Notes under the pieces: model-generated | The model's database searches: none | What the model saw: only the letters and a program-made list of their open reading frames with translations | Told to the model about the DNA's origin: nothing | Translations under genes and position numbers: made by a program | DNA from: Candidatus Bathyarchaeia archaeon | GTDB lineage: Archaea; Thermoproteota; CALKCG01; B24 | Length of the DNA stretch: 64,000 nt | Direction of reading: 5' to 3' | Assembly (NCBI GenBank): GCA_038870975.1 | Contig: JAVZJD010000001.1 | Coordinates: 576,001 to 640,000 of the forward strand | In this document: in pieces, positions 40,801 to 50,111 of the stretch | How positions within the stretch are numbered: position 1 is the stretch's first letter | Layout of the letters: each line of letters begins with the position of its first letter

Positions 40801-41306
40801 AGTTTAAAGGGTTTAAATACACACATCCTACAGCAACCATAGCCGGCGGAAATCTAAAGACGAGTTATAAAAAGCTTAAAACCATGAATCAGAAAATGTT
40901 AAGCCAACTCACTCTTGCGGATAAAATACTAGCGGTCGACGCCGCTAAAATCGCTGAGAAAATTTTGACAACGCATCTACTTAAGGATATAACTGGCAAT
41001 CTCAGAGCGTTTACATCTCAGACATTTAGATGTAAAGTTTGTAATACAAAATACCGTAGAGTACCTTTAAGTGGAAAGTGTAGAAGATGCGGCGGTAAGT
41101 TGATATTAACAGTTTTCAAGGGAGGTATTGAAAAATACCTTAAAATGGCTGAAAACATCATTGAGAAGTATAAACTTGGAAATTACTACCACCAAAGACT
41201 CATGTTAATAAAGGATGAGATATCTACGCTCCTAGTTAACGGTAAGACTGGCGCACAAGAAAGCCTAAGCAAGTTTATTCACGATTCAGAAATTAGAAGC
41301 ACTTAA
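37833..41306 (+). CDS. polC: DNA polymerase D large subunit DP2 (no intein)
   Basis: AGPIR-x-AGGT, RYGR-x-RNTG, ARMGRPEK, APHTS, RRDCDGDED, C-terminal Zn finger. Confidence 0.97.
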   Translation: MEPQPGLNSSDEYEEYFKTIEFQLRALYNIAHEARSKGLDPNPQPEPKLSKDLAERVEFLVGPKGIAERIRELSSTMSREALALKVSEDIIYKGYGRLSPEKIADQSLRTALAIITEGVTVAPVQGISKVSIKTNTDGSKYLAVYFAGPIRPAGGTEQAFTVVIADFIRKKLGLDRWKPSEEEVFRLIEEIRTYERFIRPFQYQVPDSVLEKIIRNLPVEVTGVETDPVEVTSYRDLPRVETNRVRGGALIVLNDGLAGRARKLLKIIESLGIEDWKWIGNVWNSNQNGGSVETIETMYLEEILAGRPVFGFPSKFGGFRVRYGRARNTGFAALGIHPATMVIVDSFLAVGTQIKTEKPGKAGIVASVDSIEPPIVKLKDGSVVRVETIEEALNVKDKIDKILFLGDILISFYEFLENKANLLPPGFTEELWSQMLLNSLREKYGLDYEKFSIASKISVNRLKAFIEDPFYTKPSPTEALTISRLLGIPIHPRFIYAWENLTFKELKQLRRTLSEAEIEYVNGIIKRLRLKNDQIIKDILERLLLPHRVAGGWIIIEDDGYVLYECLKPNTMIDIDSLNIDNIFNVISTISGVEVKPKFISFIGARMGRPEKANRRLMKTSVHSLFPIGLAGGFRRNIVEAAEKDFVEVELVHRKCSTCGFETYRPICPRCGGKTTVQYGCPACGRPLSVDAVCPSCKTPSSAYRKMRIALKNELYNSLRSLDSPKLETIKGVIKLMNATRTPEPLEKGILRAKYDLTVFKDGTIRFDMTNAPLTHFKPSEINTPIPKLKELGYYRDFNDKPLESPDQICELKIHDIILPKSCGKYLVKVANFIDELLEKFYRLPTFYNVKNENDLIGHLVIGLAPHTSVGVVGRIIGFTDANVCFAHPYWHACKRRDCDGDEDSIMLALDSLINFSVEYLPAQVGGLMDAPLMITYRINPLEVDSAVHSLDVSDKYPMDFYSMCFKEVDAREAKDLIEIVEKRLSSNIQFKGFKYTHPTATIAGGNLKTSYKKLKTMNQKMLSQLTLADKILAVDAAKIAEKILTTHLLKDITGNLRAFTSQTFRCKVCNTKYRRVPLSGKCRRCGGKLILTVFKGGIEKYLKMAENIIEKYKLGNYYHQRLMLIKDEISTLLVNGKTGAQESLSKFIHDSEIRST

Positions 41307-41349
41307 ATAGTGAATTTTTCTTAAACCATGAGGAGCTAAAGACGGGTGG

Positions 41350-43008
41350 TTGGTGCATAGTATGCGTAGAGTGGAAAGTTATGTACTATTGACCGTAGTT
41401 ATCATACTTATGTTTACTCCATCTGTACGACCTACCGACAACATAACATACGAGAGGAAAATAACTCTATATTCTACTGGATACATTCTTTTAGAAGATC
41501 GGATTGCGGGTTTCACTGAAAAGCCACTCACTTTAAGATTTCCTAGAAATATTACTGATAATTTATTAGATTATAGAGCTGAAACAGCAGATGGTTTAAA
41601 TTTAAACGTAGAAATCTTCCAGCTAACGGAAAATGAGACCATTATAGAAATAGCGGATTCTGCTTCCTCGTCTCTAAAATTATTCCTTTTAATTAATGGT
41701 AGTGCGCTAATCGAGCAGAGAGAACCATTTACAATTTACTTACCCGTGTATCCTGGGTTAAATGCGGATATTGCAAGATTAAACTTTACACTGACAGTAC
41801 CAGAGACTACTGAGTTTAAAAATTATCCAAGCGATTTCAACAAGTCTGCTGGCAAAATTTGGCTTATACGTGAGAATTTAGAGCCTGACGCGTTTAGAGT
41901 TGAACAGATATCTATAACTAGAAGCCCGCTGTTCAAAGTTGAACAATTCAATAAAACCATTATAATCTCAGAAGTCGGAGACGTAATAATAGAGGAGTTT
42001 TACAGAATCTTAAACATTGGCTCGACTACCTCGGAAATATCTTTCAATCTTCCAGTTAACGCTTGCGAGGCAAAAGCTAAAGATGAATTTGGAAGCCTTC
42101 AATCTTCGGTGAAAACCCAAGGGGATTATCTAAAGCTGACGGTTAAACCAAGATACGAGTTAAGGAAAGGCGACAAGTATTCCTTGATAGTATCTTATAA
42201 ATTCCCAGCAGGTCTACTGACGGAGCATAGTCTATTCAAGGATTCCCATAAGCTGAGTATTAAATTGGAACCGGCTCTACCCGTATTTATTAGAATCCTA
42301 CATGTGAATTTGAAGATGCCTAGGTATTCTACGATCGTAGATATTAAACCTGAAAATTTCACGGTGAGGAAGAATGATGTTTTAAGTTTGATTTTAGAAA
42401 GTCGATATACTCCAATTCTATCTCCTATTAGACCACAGCCTATCCTCATGGTAAACTATAACTATAATGTTCTCTGGTCATCTATTCAACCAGTTCTATG
42501 GACACTATGTGGACTGGTCGTGATCGCAATCATACACTATACGCATAGAGTTAGAGCTATGAAAACAGTAGAGGCTACGTCTAAAGTTAGACCTTCTGTT
42601 GCTATTAAGGAGGTTCAAGAGTTTGTCTCAGCATATGAAGAAAAACTTAATCTCAGAAGGGAATTACGCAACCTTGAAAGCGACTATTTATCACGGAATA
42701 TATCGAAGGCTGAGTTTACAACACGCTCTACGAAAATTAAAAATAGGATTGCTGAAATCGATAGAATAATTGAAAACTTAAAACAAAACATTAGACAAGC
42801 CGGTTTCTCCGATGAATTGACCACCATAGAAGAGGCTGAAACCGATTTAAACATTTGTGACGTTGGTCTAAGCGAACTTAGAAATAGATATCGAACTGGC
42901 AAGGTTTCAAAACACGTCTATGAGCGGCTTCTCAACGAGTATAATAAACGAATCCGTAATAATGAGAATAAGATAAGAAGAGCTATTGAGGTAATTTCAT
43001 CGAGCTAA
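41350..43008 (+). CDS. Ribophorin-I-like membrane protein (signal peptide, beta-rich ectodomain, one TM, coiled-coil tail)
   Basis: Hydrophobic N-terminus, many N-x-S/T sites, A-x-D-x-x-G-x-L and PRY-x-L motifs, TM near residue 380-398, helical C-terminus. Confidence 0.6.
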   Translation: MVHSMRRVESYVLLTVVIILMFTPSVRPTDNITYERKITLYSTGYILLEDRIAGFTEKPLTLRFPRNITDNLLDYRAETADGLNLNVEIFQLTENETIIEIADSASSSLKLFLLINGSALIEQREPFTIYLPVYPGLNADIARLNFTLTVPETTEFKNYPSDFNKSAGKIWLIRENLEPDAFRVEQISITRSPLFKVEQFNKTIIISEVGDVIIEEFYRILNIGSTTSEISFNLPVNACEAKAKDEFGSLQSSVKTQGDYLKLTVKPRYELRKGDKYSLIVSYKFPAGLLTEHSLFKDSHKLSIKLEPALPVFIRILHVNLKMPRYSTIVDIKPENFTVRKNDVLSLILESRYTPILSPIRPQPILMVNYNYNVLWSSIQPVLWTLCGLVVIAIIHYTHRVRAMKTVEATSKVRPSVAIKEVQEFVSAYEEKLNLRRELRNLESDYLSRNISKAEFTTRSTKIKNRIAEIDRIIENLKQNIRQAGFSDELTTIEEAETDLNICDVGLSELRNRYRTGKVSKHVYERLLNEYNKRIRNNENKIRRAIEVISSS

Positions 43009-43013
43009 AAACA

Positions 43014-43021
43014 TTTATATA
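43014..43021 (+). promoter_or_regulatory. TATA box for the TRAM gene
   Basis: TTTATATA preceded by an A-rich BRE-like stretch, about 25 nt upstream of the leader hairpin. Confidence 0.55.
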
Positions 43022-43043
43022 TTTGCTGAATCCTATGTTCTAC

Positions 43044-43100
43044 GGATTAAGAAGGTGAAAAAGCACCTCTCAAAAGAGGCCTTTTTCTACCTTCTTAACC
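43044..43100 (+). promoter_or_regulatory. Long stem-loop in the predicted 5' UTR of the TRAM gene
   Basis: TTAAGAAGGT/ACCTTCTTAA, GAAAAAG/CTTTTTC and CCTCT/AGAGG nested stems with a CAAA loop. Confidence 0.6.
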
Positions 43101-43125
43101 CAATAATTCAAAAGGAGGTTAGATT

Positions 43126-43380
43126 ATGGAAAGGAGAAATAGGAGAAGGCGGCCGGCTACAGGCAGTTTCAGACCAGCTAGACCAGTGCCAGTTGTCGTT
43201 GGCGGTGAATACGATGTAGAAATAGAAAGCCTTGGAAGCAGAGGAGATGGAATAGCTAGAATCGAAGGCTTTGTGATATTCGTTAAGAATACTAAAGTTG
43301 GCGATAAGCTTAAAGTTAAAGTTAATTCCGTCAGTAGGAGGTTTGCCATAGCTACGCCGGTTGCTCAAGGTGGGGAGTAG
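43126..43380 (+). CDS. Single-TRAM-domain RNA chaperone
   Basis: PV-x-x-G-x-x-YDV-x-IE-x-x-G-x-x-GDGIARIEGFVIFV; strong SD AAGGAGGT. Confidence 0.92.
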   Translation: MERRNRRRRPATGSFRPARPVPVVVGGEYDVEIESLGSRGDGIARIEGFVIFVKNTKVGDKLKVKVNSVSRRFAIATPVAQGGE

Positions 43381-43533
43381 TAGATAGAATACAATCCATT
43401 TCTAGGTATTTCTTTAAGACGAACAATATTTTTCTAGCAGTTTATCCTGTAAAATACTTTCGATTTTTCCATGGATCTCTGGAAACATTGAGGATATAGG
43501 AAAAACCTAATATTTTGTTTAAGACTTTTCCAA

Positions 43534-44259
43534 TTGTTGAAAAATAACGGTTTTAAACTCGAAGATGTAGACGATGTAGTTAAGTGTGAAATTGTTGATC
43601 GGATAAATCGATTTCTTGTAAAAGTAGTTATAGATGGCTTTTCAACTATAGCGTACATGAATAACACGGGTAGACTCTCAGAATTCTTAGTAACGGGTAA
43701 GAAGGCTTATTGTTTAAAAACGTATGGGGGGAAGACTGGGCATCGTCTTTTTGCAGTAGATGTTGAAGACGGTATGGCTGCAATTATAGATACTAAAATC
43801 CAAATGCGTCTTTTTGAAAAGGCAGTTAACGAGGGGTTAATATACTGGCTTGGAAAATGCAGAATAGTTAAGAGGAACTGTAGACTGGGTAGGTCTTTGA
43901 TAGACTATTTAGTAGAGCTAGACGGTAGACTCGCATATCTCGAAGTCAAAAGTGCGGTTTTACGGAATGATAGGGGTTACGCCATGTATCCAGACTGTCT
44001 AACCCTTAGGGGAAGAAAGCATATAATGGAGATTATAAAACATACTGAGGGCGGTGGTTTAGGAATAATATTATTCATAGCGGCACTACCATATGTCAGT
44101 GCTTTTAAACCAAATCCCATGGGAGATGCTGAAATACCAAAGCTACTTTTAAAAGCCTATGATGTTGGATGTATTTTAAAGGCGATAAGTATGCATTATG
44201 ATGGATACTCTTCATCATTCTACCTAGATAACTCAGACATTCCAGTAGTTCTCCAATAG
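43534..44259 (+). CDS. sfsA: SfsA-family nuclease-like protein
   Basis: R-x-NRF, NTGRL, ID-x-L...EVKS, PD-x-x-T-x-RGRKH. Confidence 0.9.
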   Translation: MLKNNGFKLEDVDDVVKCEIVDRINRFLVKVVIDGFSTIAYMNNTGRLSEFLVTGKKAYCLKTYGGKTGHRLFAVDVEDGMAAIIDTKIQMRLFEKAVNEGLIYWLGKCRIVKRNCRLGRSLIDYLVELDGRLAYLEVKSAVLRNDRGYAMYPDCLTLRGRKHIMEIIKHTEGGGLGIILFIAALPYVSAFKPNPMGDAEIPKLLLKAYDVGCILKAISMHYDGYSSSFYLDNSDIPVVLQ

Positions 44260-44261
44260 GA

Positions 44262-44906
44262 GTGGTCTACTTGTCTAGAGCAGATGAACTACTTGAAAAA
44301 ATTAACGGTTTAAAAAATAGCCATGTAAAAAAGTTGGTAGACATGCGCATGGAAGAATTTAAACAGAACGGCGGGAAAGCTAGTAGAGAAATTTTTAAAG
44401 AACTATGCTTCTGCATTTTAACAGCAAACTTTAACGCTGAAAGGAGTATAGAAATTCAGAAGAAGATAGATGACGGTTTTCTAACTCTTCCAATTTCCCA
44501 GCTGACGGAAGAGCTTAGGAAGCTTGGCCACCGTTACCCTCAGACAAGAGCACGGTATATTGTAGAAGCTAGGAGGTATGCCGACTCACTAAAAGATGTC
44601 ATTTCACGTTTTAAAGATTCAAGTCTACTGAGGGAATGGCTTACTAAAAACATAAAAGGGATTGGGTTTAAAGAGGCGAGCCATTTCCTCAGGAACATCG
44701 GCTATAGCGATTTAGCTATAATAGATTTTCACATAATCAACATACTATCGAAGTATGGCTTAACGGATAGACCCAAGACCATGACTAAGAAGAAGTACCT
44801 AGAAATAGAATCTATATTGAGGAAAATAGCTAAACTTTCAGACATTTCACTAGCTGAGCTTGATCTGTTCTTATGGTATCTTGAAACGGGTAAAGTTTTA
44901 AAATAA
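44262..44906 (+). CDS. ogg: 8-oxoguanine DNA glycosylase/AP lyase (Ogg2-type)
   Basis: ELCFCILTAN, KGIG-x-KEASHFLRN, AIIDFH, C-terminal GKVLK. Confidence 0.93.
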   Translation: MVYLSRADELLEKINGLKNSHVKKLVDMRMEEFKQNGGKASREIFKELCFCILTANFNAERSIEIQKKIDDGFLTLPISQLTEELRKLGHRYPQTRARYIVEARRYADSLKDVISRFKDSSLLREWLTKNIKGIGFKEASHFLRNIGYSDLAIIDFHIINILSKYGLTDRPKTMTKKKYLEIESILRKIAKLSDISLAELDLFLWYLETGKVLK

Positions 44907-44944
44907 GAGGGGGACTAAAATGTTATCTTAAATTAATGAATATA

Positions 44945-46819
44945 CTACGATATTTGAAGCCGCTGTTTAACTCTCTCTAAGGCTTCTCTAACTTCACTTA
45001 TACCCAATTTCTCAAGAGTCTCGCCCTTAGGTAAACCGTATTCATCCCATCCGGCTACTCTATAGTAAATCTGCTTCAGTTTATCGACATCTTCCCTTTT
45101 AACAGTTGCACCTTTCTTAGGTCCTGATGGTAGGGGTTCATAGAACCTAGGTGGATTATCATCGTCAACTCGTGGGTCCCAGTAGACATCTGGACCACCT
45201 AGTAGGAGTAGCGTTCTTTGAATTGCGGCTATTCTTGGAGCTATCTCATTATAGAGTTCATCTTCGGATATATTCCACCCAGCTACCGCTCTGAAAAACC
45301 TGTATACGTGCTCTTTCCTGAAGTTAAACCAGCATACAACTGCAGAATCTATGAGTATTATTTCCCATTCCTCTGGTCTGTTCTTCTCATCTAGATTCGA
45401 GACGGATGTATGGTCTCCACCTTGCAGATTGCAGACGTAAGCTGTAGGTTTTGTATAGTCTAAGCCACTCCTTATACCATGGGCTCCTACCCCTATACCT
45501 TTAACTTGCACAGCATACGGCATCGCGTCAATTTTCTTCATTTTGCTTATCTTTAAGGCAGCTCTATACGTGCCTTCAGCCAAAACATCTCCAATACCTA
45601 CTCTATGTGCTATCATTTCCTGAAGTTTTGCAAAGGCTTCAACATCTCCCCATTTAAGTTCAAACCCTAAATCTTCCTTTGTCAATATACCGCGTTGGTA
45701 TAATTCGGCCGTGAAACCTAATACATTACCAACTTGTATGCCGCATAAGCCGAGGTCGTCTGCTTTAGCAGACAAATACACACTTCCATCTGGTTCAAAT
45801 ACTCCAAGATTCGTACCTAAGTATGCTTGCAGTTCGTAGTCTGGATTATCCGTTAAAGTGCCTTTAAACTTACCGTATTTAATCATGGCCAATTTGAGAC
45901 ATGTTGTAGGACATCCAAAGTCTCCCCAGAATCTTTTAATCCAAACTTTGCTCTCGAAGGAGCTCGACCCATATCTAGCTTCATCATGCCATTCTTCCTG
46001 CCAATTCCTAACAGGTTCACTGCTTGTATCAGCGCCAACAGTATACCCCGCTGAACCCGTACCCCAATACCTCATCGTAAATGACCGTGTAAGACTTTTA
46101 CAGACATCGTCTAAGGCTTTCCCGAACTCATCTGGCTCTGCAACTTCAGGTAGTGGACCAGTGCCTTTAACGGCTATTGCTTTAAGCATTTTAGACCCCA
46201 TAACTGCTCCATAGCCTCCATACCCAGCAGCATGTGTAATTTTAGCAGCTACGGCTGCAATTCGGACTCTATTTTCACCAGCAGGACCTATATATAGGAT
46301 GCTCGGCTCTTTACAAACGCCTCGTAATTGATGCTTTTTAGATGCTTCACTCCTAAGCTCTCTAGTAAGCGTTCTCAACGTTTCTTTTGCGTCTTTCCCC
46401 CAGATGTGTAATGCATCTTTAATTTCCACTTCTTCATCTTCAATCCATATATAGACTGGTTTTTCAGCAACACCGTTTACAATTATCCCGTCATATCCTG
46501 CACACTTAAGTTCAACCCCAAACTCTCCTCCCACCGTTGACCCCACTATACCGTTACTTTGAGGAGATTTGCCTGTTACGCAGACCCTTCCTCCTGGATA
46601 GTAGCCAGTTAATGGACCAGTAAGTATGAGAAGTATATTATCAGGTCCCAGGGGATCTATTTCTTCCCATTTTTGACCAAGCCTATCCCATAGGAGTTTA
46701 ACGCCTAAACCACGACCCCCTATGTATCTACGCATAACGCTCCTATCTACTTTAGTGATCTTCACATTTTTCGTCGACAGGTCAACTTCTAAAAGTCTAC
46801 CCCACCACCCATATGGCAT
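44945..46819 (-). CDS. Tungsten aldehyde:ferredoxin oxidoreductase family, large subunit
   Basis: YIGGRGLG, KSP, LK-x-AGYD, IGPAGEN, GAVMGSK, DDLGL; start MPYGWWG at 46819. Confidence 0.9.
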   Translation of the reverse strand: MPYGWWGRLLEVDLSTKNVKITKVDRSVMRRYIGGRGLGVKLLWDRLGQKWEEIDPLGPDNILLILTGPLTGYYPGGRVCVTGKSPQSNGIVGSTVGGEFGVELKCAGYDGIIVNGVAEKPVYIWIEDEEVEIKDALHIWGKDAKETLRTLTRELRSEASKKHQLRGVCKEPSILYIGPAGENRVRIAAVAAKITHAAGYGGYGAVMGSKMLKAIAVKGTGPLPEVAEPDEFGKALDDVCKSLTRSFTMRYWGTGSAGYTVGADTSSEPVRNWQEEWHDEARYGSSSFESKVWIKRFWGDFGCPTTCLKLAMIKYGKFKGTLTDNPDYELQAYLGTNLGVFEPDGSVYLSAKADDLGLCGIQVGNVLGFTAELYQRGILTKEDLGFELKWGDVEAFAKLQEMIAHRVGIGDVLAEGTYRAALKISKMKKIDAMPYAVQVKGIGVGAHGIRSGLDYTKPTAYVCNLQGGDHTSVSNLDEKNRPEEWEIILIDSAVVCWFNFRKEHVYRFFRAVAGWNISEDELYNEIAPRIAAIQRTLLLLGGPDVYWDPRVDDDNPPRFYEPLPSGPKKGATVKREDVDKLKQIYYRVAGWDEYGLPKGETLEKLGISEVREALERVKQRLQIS

Positions 46820-47349
46820 TAAACCCACCCCTCCCATTCTTCGCCATAAACTTTTAAAGCCAAATCTCTGACTACGTCTTCAGGTCTTCTAGCGTAGACT
46901 TTGTAGGCTTGTGTTGGAAATCTAGGAATTTTTATAAGTGCATTATAGCCAGCTTCTGTGCAAACTCGAACGCATTCTGGTTCTCCTCCACATAAGTCGC
47001 ATATCACGGCGTACCGCATCCTCGGATGAATATAGGGTACTTTACCAGGGCAAGCATCTATACATTTACCGCATCCAGTACATTTATCTACGTCTACTAA
47101 GACCGCACCAGTTTTATCATCCACAGTCAATGCGTTGAACGGACACGCGGAAACGCATGGATAGTCTGGGCACTGAGTACATAGATGTGGGATTTCAAGC
47201 CCCGGTATAAGCATAAAGACACGTATTCTTGAAGCCTCAGGCCATATTCTTCCTTCGTGTCTTAAAGAGCAGATTATTTCACATCTCCGACAGCCGCTAC
47301 AGCGTTCATAGTCTCTAAATATCCATATTTTTGCCTTCTCTTCACCCAA
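46819..47349 (-). CDS. 4Fe-4S polyferredoxin subunit of the AOR-family enzyme
   Basis: Four CxxCxxC...C(P) clusters; coupled to the AOR gene. Confidence 0.9.
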   Translation of the reverse strand: MGEEKAKIWIFRDYERCSGCRRCEIICSLRHEGRIWPEASRIRVFMLIPGLEIPHLCTQCPDYPCVSACPFNALTVDDKTGAVLVDVDKCTGCGKCIDACPGKVPYIHPRMRYAVICDLCGGEPECVRVCTEAGYNALIKIPRFPTQAYKVYARRPEDVVRDLALKVYGEEWEGWV

Positions 47350-47386
47350 TAAACAATCACCTAGTTAGATTTTCAGCAAAATGGCT

Positions 47387-48175
47387 TTATAATTTTTCCC
47401 CAGATCTTGCTCTTCTGGCGGCTCTGTTAGCTATTAAACCTGCTACAACACCAGCAGCTACTCCAGAATCTATGTTTACAACAGCTAAGCCTAGCGGACA
47501 TGCTTGAAGCATCGCCTGTAAGGCTGCCAATCCATCGCCTCCGAATCCATATCCTTGAGATGTTGGAACCCCTATTACTGGAACATCCACTAGACTGGCT
47601 ACTAAAGACGGGAGAGCCCCCTCTCTACCTGCTATGGCGATAATAACGTCAACATTTTTCGCCAACATCTCTTTCACTGCTTCAAACACTCTATGCAATC
47701 CGGCAACACCTACATCATAAGCCTTGTACACTTCACAACCCATTTCTTCAGCGATTAAACGGGCTTCTTCAGCTATGGGTATGTCCGCTGTTCCAGCCGT
47801 TATTATTCCAACACGCCCCCCGCAAGCACATCTAACGTCTTTCCGACGTAAAATTATCATACGGGCTTTCTCGTGAGTCTCGACAATAACTCCCTTCTTC
47901 GAAAAAATATCCTTAAACTTCTCTAAGGTTTGTTTATCGACTCTACTCACAATCAACCGGTCAGTTTTCTCAAGAACGTTTAGACAGATTTCTAAGAGGT
48001 CTTCTAAATCCTTCCCTTCTGCTAGAATTATCTCAGGTACTTTTCTTCTAAGCTCTCTACCGATATCTATGCGAGCTATTTCAGAGACATACTCTACTGT
48101 GAATAGTTTAAGGGCTCTCAATGCCTCTTCAAGAGAGATTTCGCCTTTAGAAAGCTTCTTCAAAACTTCCTCCAT
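47387..48175 (-). CDS. larB: Nickel-pincer cofactor biosynthesis protein LarB
   Basis: AGTAD, DVGVAGLHR, G-x-EGAL-x-S, VPTS-x-GYG, VNID-x-G. Confidence 0.93.
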   Translation of the reverse strand: MEEVLKKLSKGEISLEEALRALKLFTVEYVSEIARIDIGRELRRKVPEIILAEGKDLEDLLEICLNVLEKTDRLIVSRVDKQTLEKFKDIFSKKGVIVETHEKARMIILRRKDVRCACGGRVGIITAGTADIPIAEEARLIAEEMGCEVYKAYDVGVAGLHRVFEAVKEMLAKNVDVIIAIAGREGALPSLVASLVDVPVIGVPTSQGYGFGGDGLAALQAMLQACPLGLAVVNIDSGVAAGVVAGLIANRAARRARSGEKL

Positions 48176-48308
48176 AAGTAGCCCATTTAAGAAAAGGCAT
48201 ATAACCTTTAAATAGTTTTAGCAAATTTGCTCTAAAGCATAAAACATGACGAAATAAACAGGTAAAGTTTAGATATTTTTAACTGGCTATTTAACTCAAG
48301 TGCAAAAT

Positions 48309-49547
48309 ATGAAGATTCTATATATCGACTGCTCTTTAGCCGGTATATCTGGCGACATGATGCTTTCAGCTCTCCTAAACCTTGGAGCAAAAATAGACCT
48401 TGAAAAGCTTTCCAAATCCATCATGGAGAGCCTCGATGGCGTTAAACAGCTGGAAGTATCGTATAATATCGGATCTAAGATGGGCTTTCAAGCTGGTTTA
48501 CTAAGGGTTACTTTTTCCGATTCTAAATACTGTAGGCGGGGAATCGAATTGAAGAATGGTTTGGAGAAAACGCTGGAACATATGAGCGCTGGTCGTAAAG
48601 CGAAAGAGTACGCTGTTAGAGTTCTTGAAACACTTTTAAATGCTGAAAGCATTATACATGGCGAGACAGTAGATGAAGTTCATTTACATGAAATAGGCTC
48701 ACCAGATACCCTAGTAGATATAGTGGGAACAGCTTTAGCTTTGGAAGAGCTCGGCGTTTTTGAAGATGTTAAAGTGTATGGTAGTCCTATATCGGTGGGT
48801 GTTGGACTGGTTAAGACGGAGCATGGATATCTTCCAATACCAGCACCAGTAACCCTTGAAATTTTAAAATCTAGAGGCTATCCTTTTAAAGGCGGCCCTG
48901 TTGAGGGGGAGCTGGCAACGCCAACTGGTGTTGCCTTACTTGTAAACATTGTAGATGAAGTTGTACAGATGCACCCGTTAATTAAACCCATTAAAGTTGG
49001 ATATGGTGCTGGCTTTAAGGAACTTTCTGATGTTCCCAATATTCTGAGGCTTATTTATGGTGAACAGCAAACTCACTATATTCAGGAAGATGTCTATGTT
49101 TTAGAGACGAATATAGACGATGTCCAAGGGGAAGTTTTAGGACATGTCATTGAGAAACTCATTGAAAATGGAGCGAAAGATGCATGTGCCATACCAATCA
49201 CATGTAAGAAGAGTAGACCGGGATACATTCTTAAAGTAATTTCAGATTGTGAAAATCTCAATAGTATGGTAGACATTATTTTCAGAGAGACCGGCACCTT
49301 AGGAATTAGGTCGACGAAAACATCTAGATTTATCGTTCCTAGAGAGTTCAAAACGGTAACAGTTCAGATAAATGGTGTAGACTTCTCGGTTAAAGTTAAA
49401 ATAGCTAGAGACTTCAGAGGAAGAGTTGTCAGAGTTAAACCCGAGTATGAGGATCTAAAAAAGATTTCAAGCCTTACAGGCATACCGGTGAGAGAACTTT
49501 CTTCGATGATTGAAGAAAAAGCTAAAGATTACCTGAAAACTTCTTAA
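48309..49547 (+). CDS. larC: Nickel-pincer cofactor biosynthesis protein LarC
   Basis: GISGDM, HLHEIG-x-x-D, HG-x-LP-x-PAP, EL-x-TPTG, ETNIDD, KK-x-RPG, PEYED. Confidence 0.93.
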   Translation: MKILYIDCSLAGISGDMMLSALLNLGAKIDLEKLSKSIMESLDGVKQLEVSYNIGSKMGFQAGLLRVTFSDSKYCRRGIELKNGLEKTLEHMSAGRKAKEYAVRVLETLLNAESIIHGETVDEVHLHEIGSPDTLVDIVGTALALEELGVFEDVKVYGSPISVGVGLVKTEHGYLPIPAPVTLEILKSRGYPFKGGPVEGELATPTGVALLVNIVDEVVQMHPLIKPIKVGYGAGFKELSDVPNILRLIYGEQQTHYIQEDVYVLETNIDDVQGEVLGHVIEKLIENGAKDACAIPITCKKSRPGYILKVISDCENLNSMVDIIFRETGTLGIRSTKTSRFIVPREFKTVTVQINGVDFSVKVKIARDFRGRVVRVKPEYEDLKKISSLTGIPVRELSSMIEEKAKDYLKTS

Positions 49548-49589
49548 CGTTTAAATAAGCCATCTGTCATCCTTCTCTAAGGTGGTTTA

Positions 49590-49982
49590 TTGGCTTACTG
49601 GCACAGCGACCTTCACAAGCGTAAAAGAACTGGAGGGAAAAGCCATCCATACAGGGGCAGGAGGAAATACGAGCGGGGTGGATACCCCGTTGAAACACAA
49701 GTAGGCGATAGAGCTATAAGAGTGGAACGCGTCAGAGGCGGGAATGTAAAGATTAGAGTGATTAGAGATAGCACTGTCAATTTAAGTATTCCATCTTCTG
49801 GCAAGACCGTCAAATGTAAGATTTTACGGGTAGTTAAAAACCCGTCGAATAAAGACTATGATAGAAGAGGAGTAATAACTAAAGGAACTATAATTGAAAC
49901 GGAACATGGCTTAGCTAGAGTAACAAGTAAACTTAGCTCGGATGGTGTAGTAAACGCTGTACTCATAGAATCTAAGGCCTAG
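49590..49982 (+). CDS. rps8e: 30S ribosomal protein S8e
   Basis: RKRTGG, R-x-RGGN-x-K, ITKG-x-IIET, DGVVNA. Confidence 0.95.
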   Translation: MAYWHSDLHKRKRTGGKSHPYRGRRKYERGGYPVETQVGDRAIRVERVRGGNVKIRVIRDSTVNLSIPSSGKTVKCKILRVVKNPSNKDYDRRGVITKGTIIETEHGLARVTSKLSSDGVVNAVLIESKA

Positions 49983-50111
49983 ATTTAGGTCTAAATAAGA
50001 CTAAACTTTGTTTAAGTCTTCTATAGCTATGCGGCTTTGACCGAAGCATTAGGTAGTTTTGTAAACTTTCTATTTTTGGTTGAAATAATGGAGGGGAGAG
50101 TTAAGTAAGAA

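Noticed and set aside
37833-41306. Intein in DP2
   Set aside because: The length is normal and the catalytic CDGDED region is uninterrupted.
49983-50111. SRP RNA or other ncRNA after rps8e
   Set aside because: The gap is short and AT-rich with only small hairpins and no SRP helix-8 motif.
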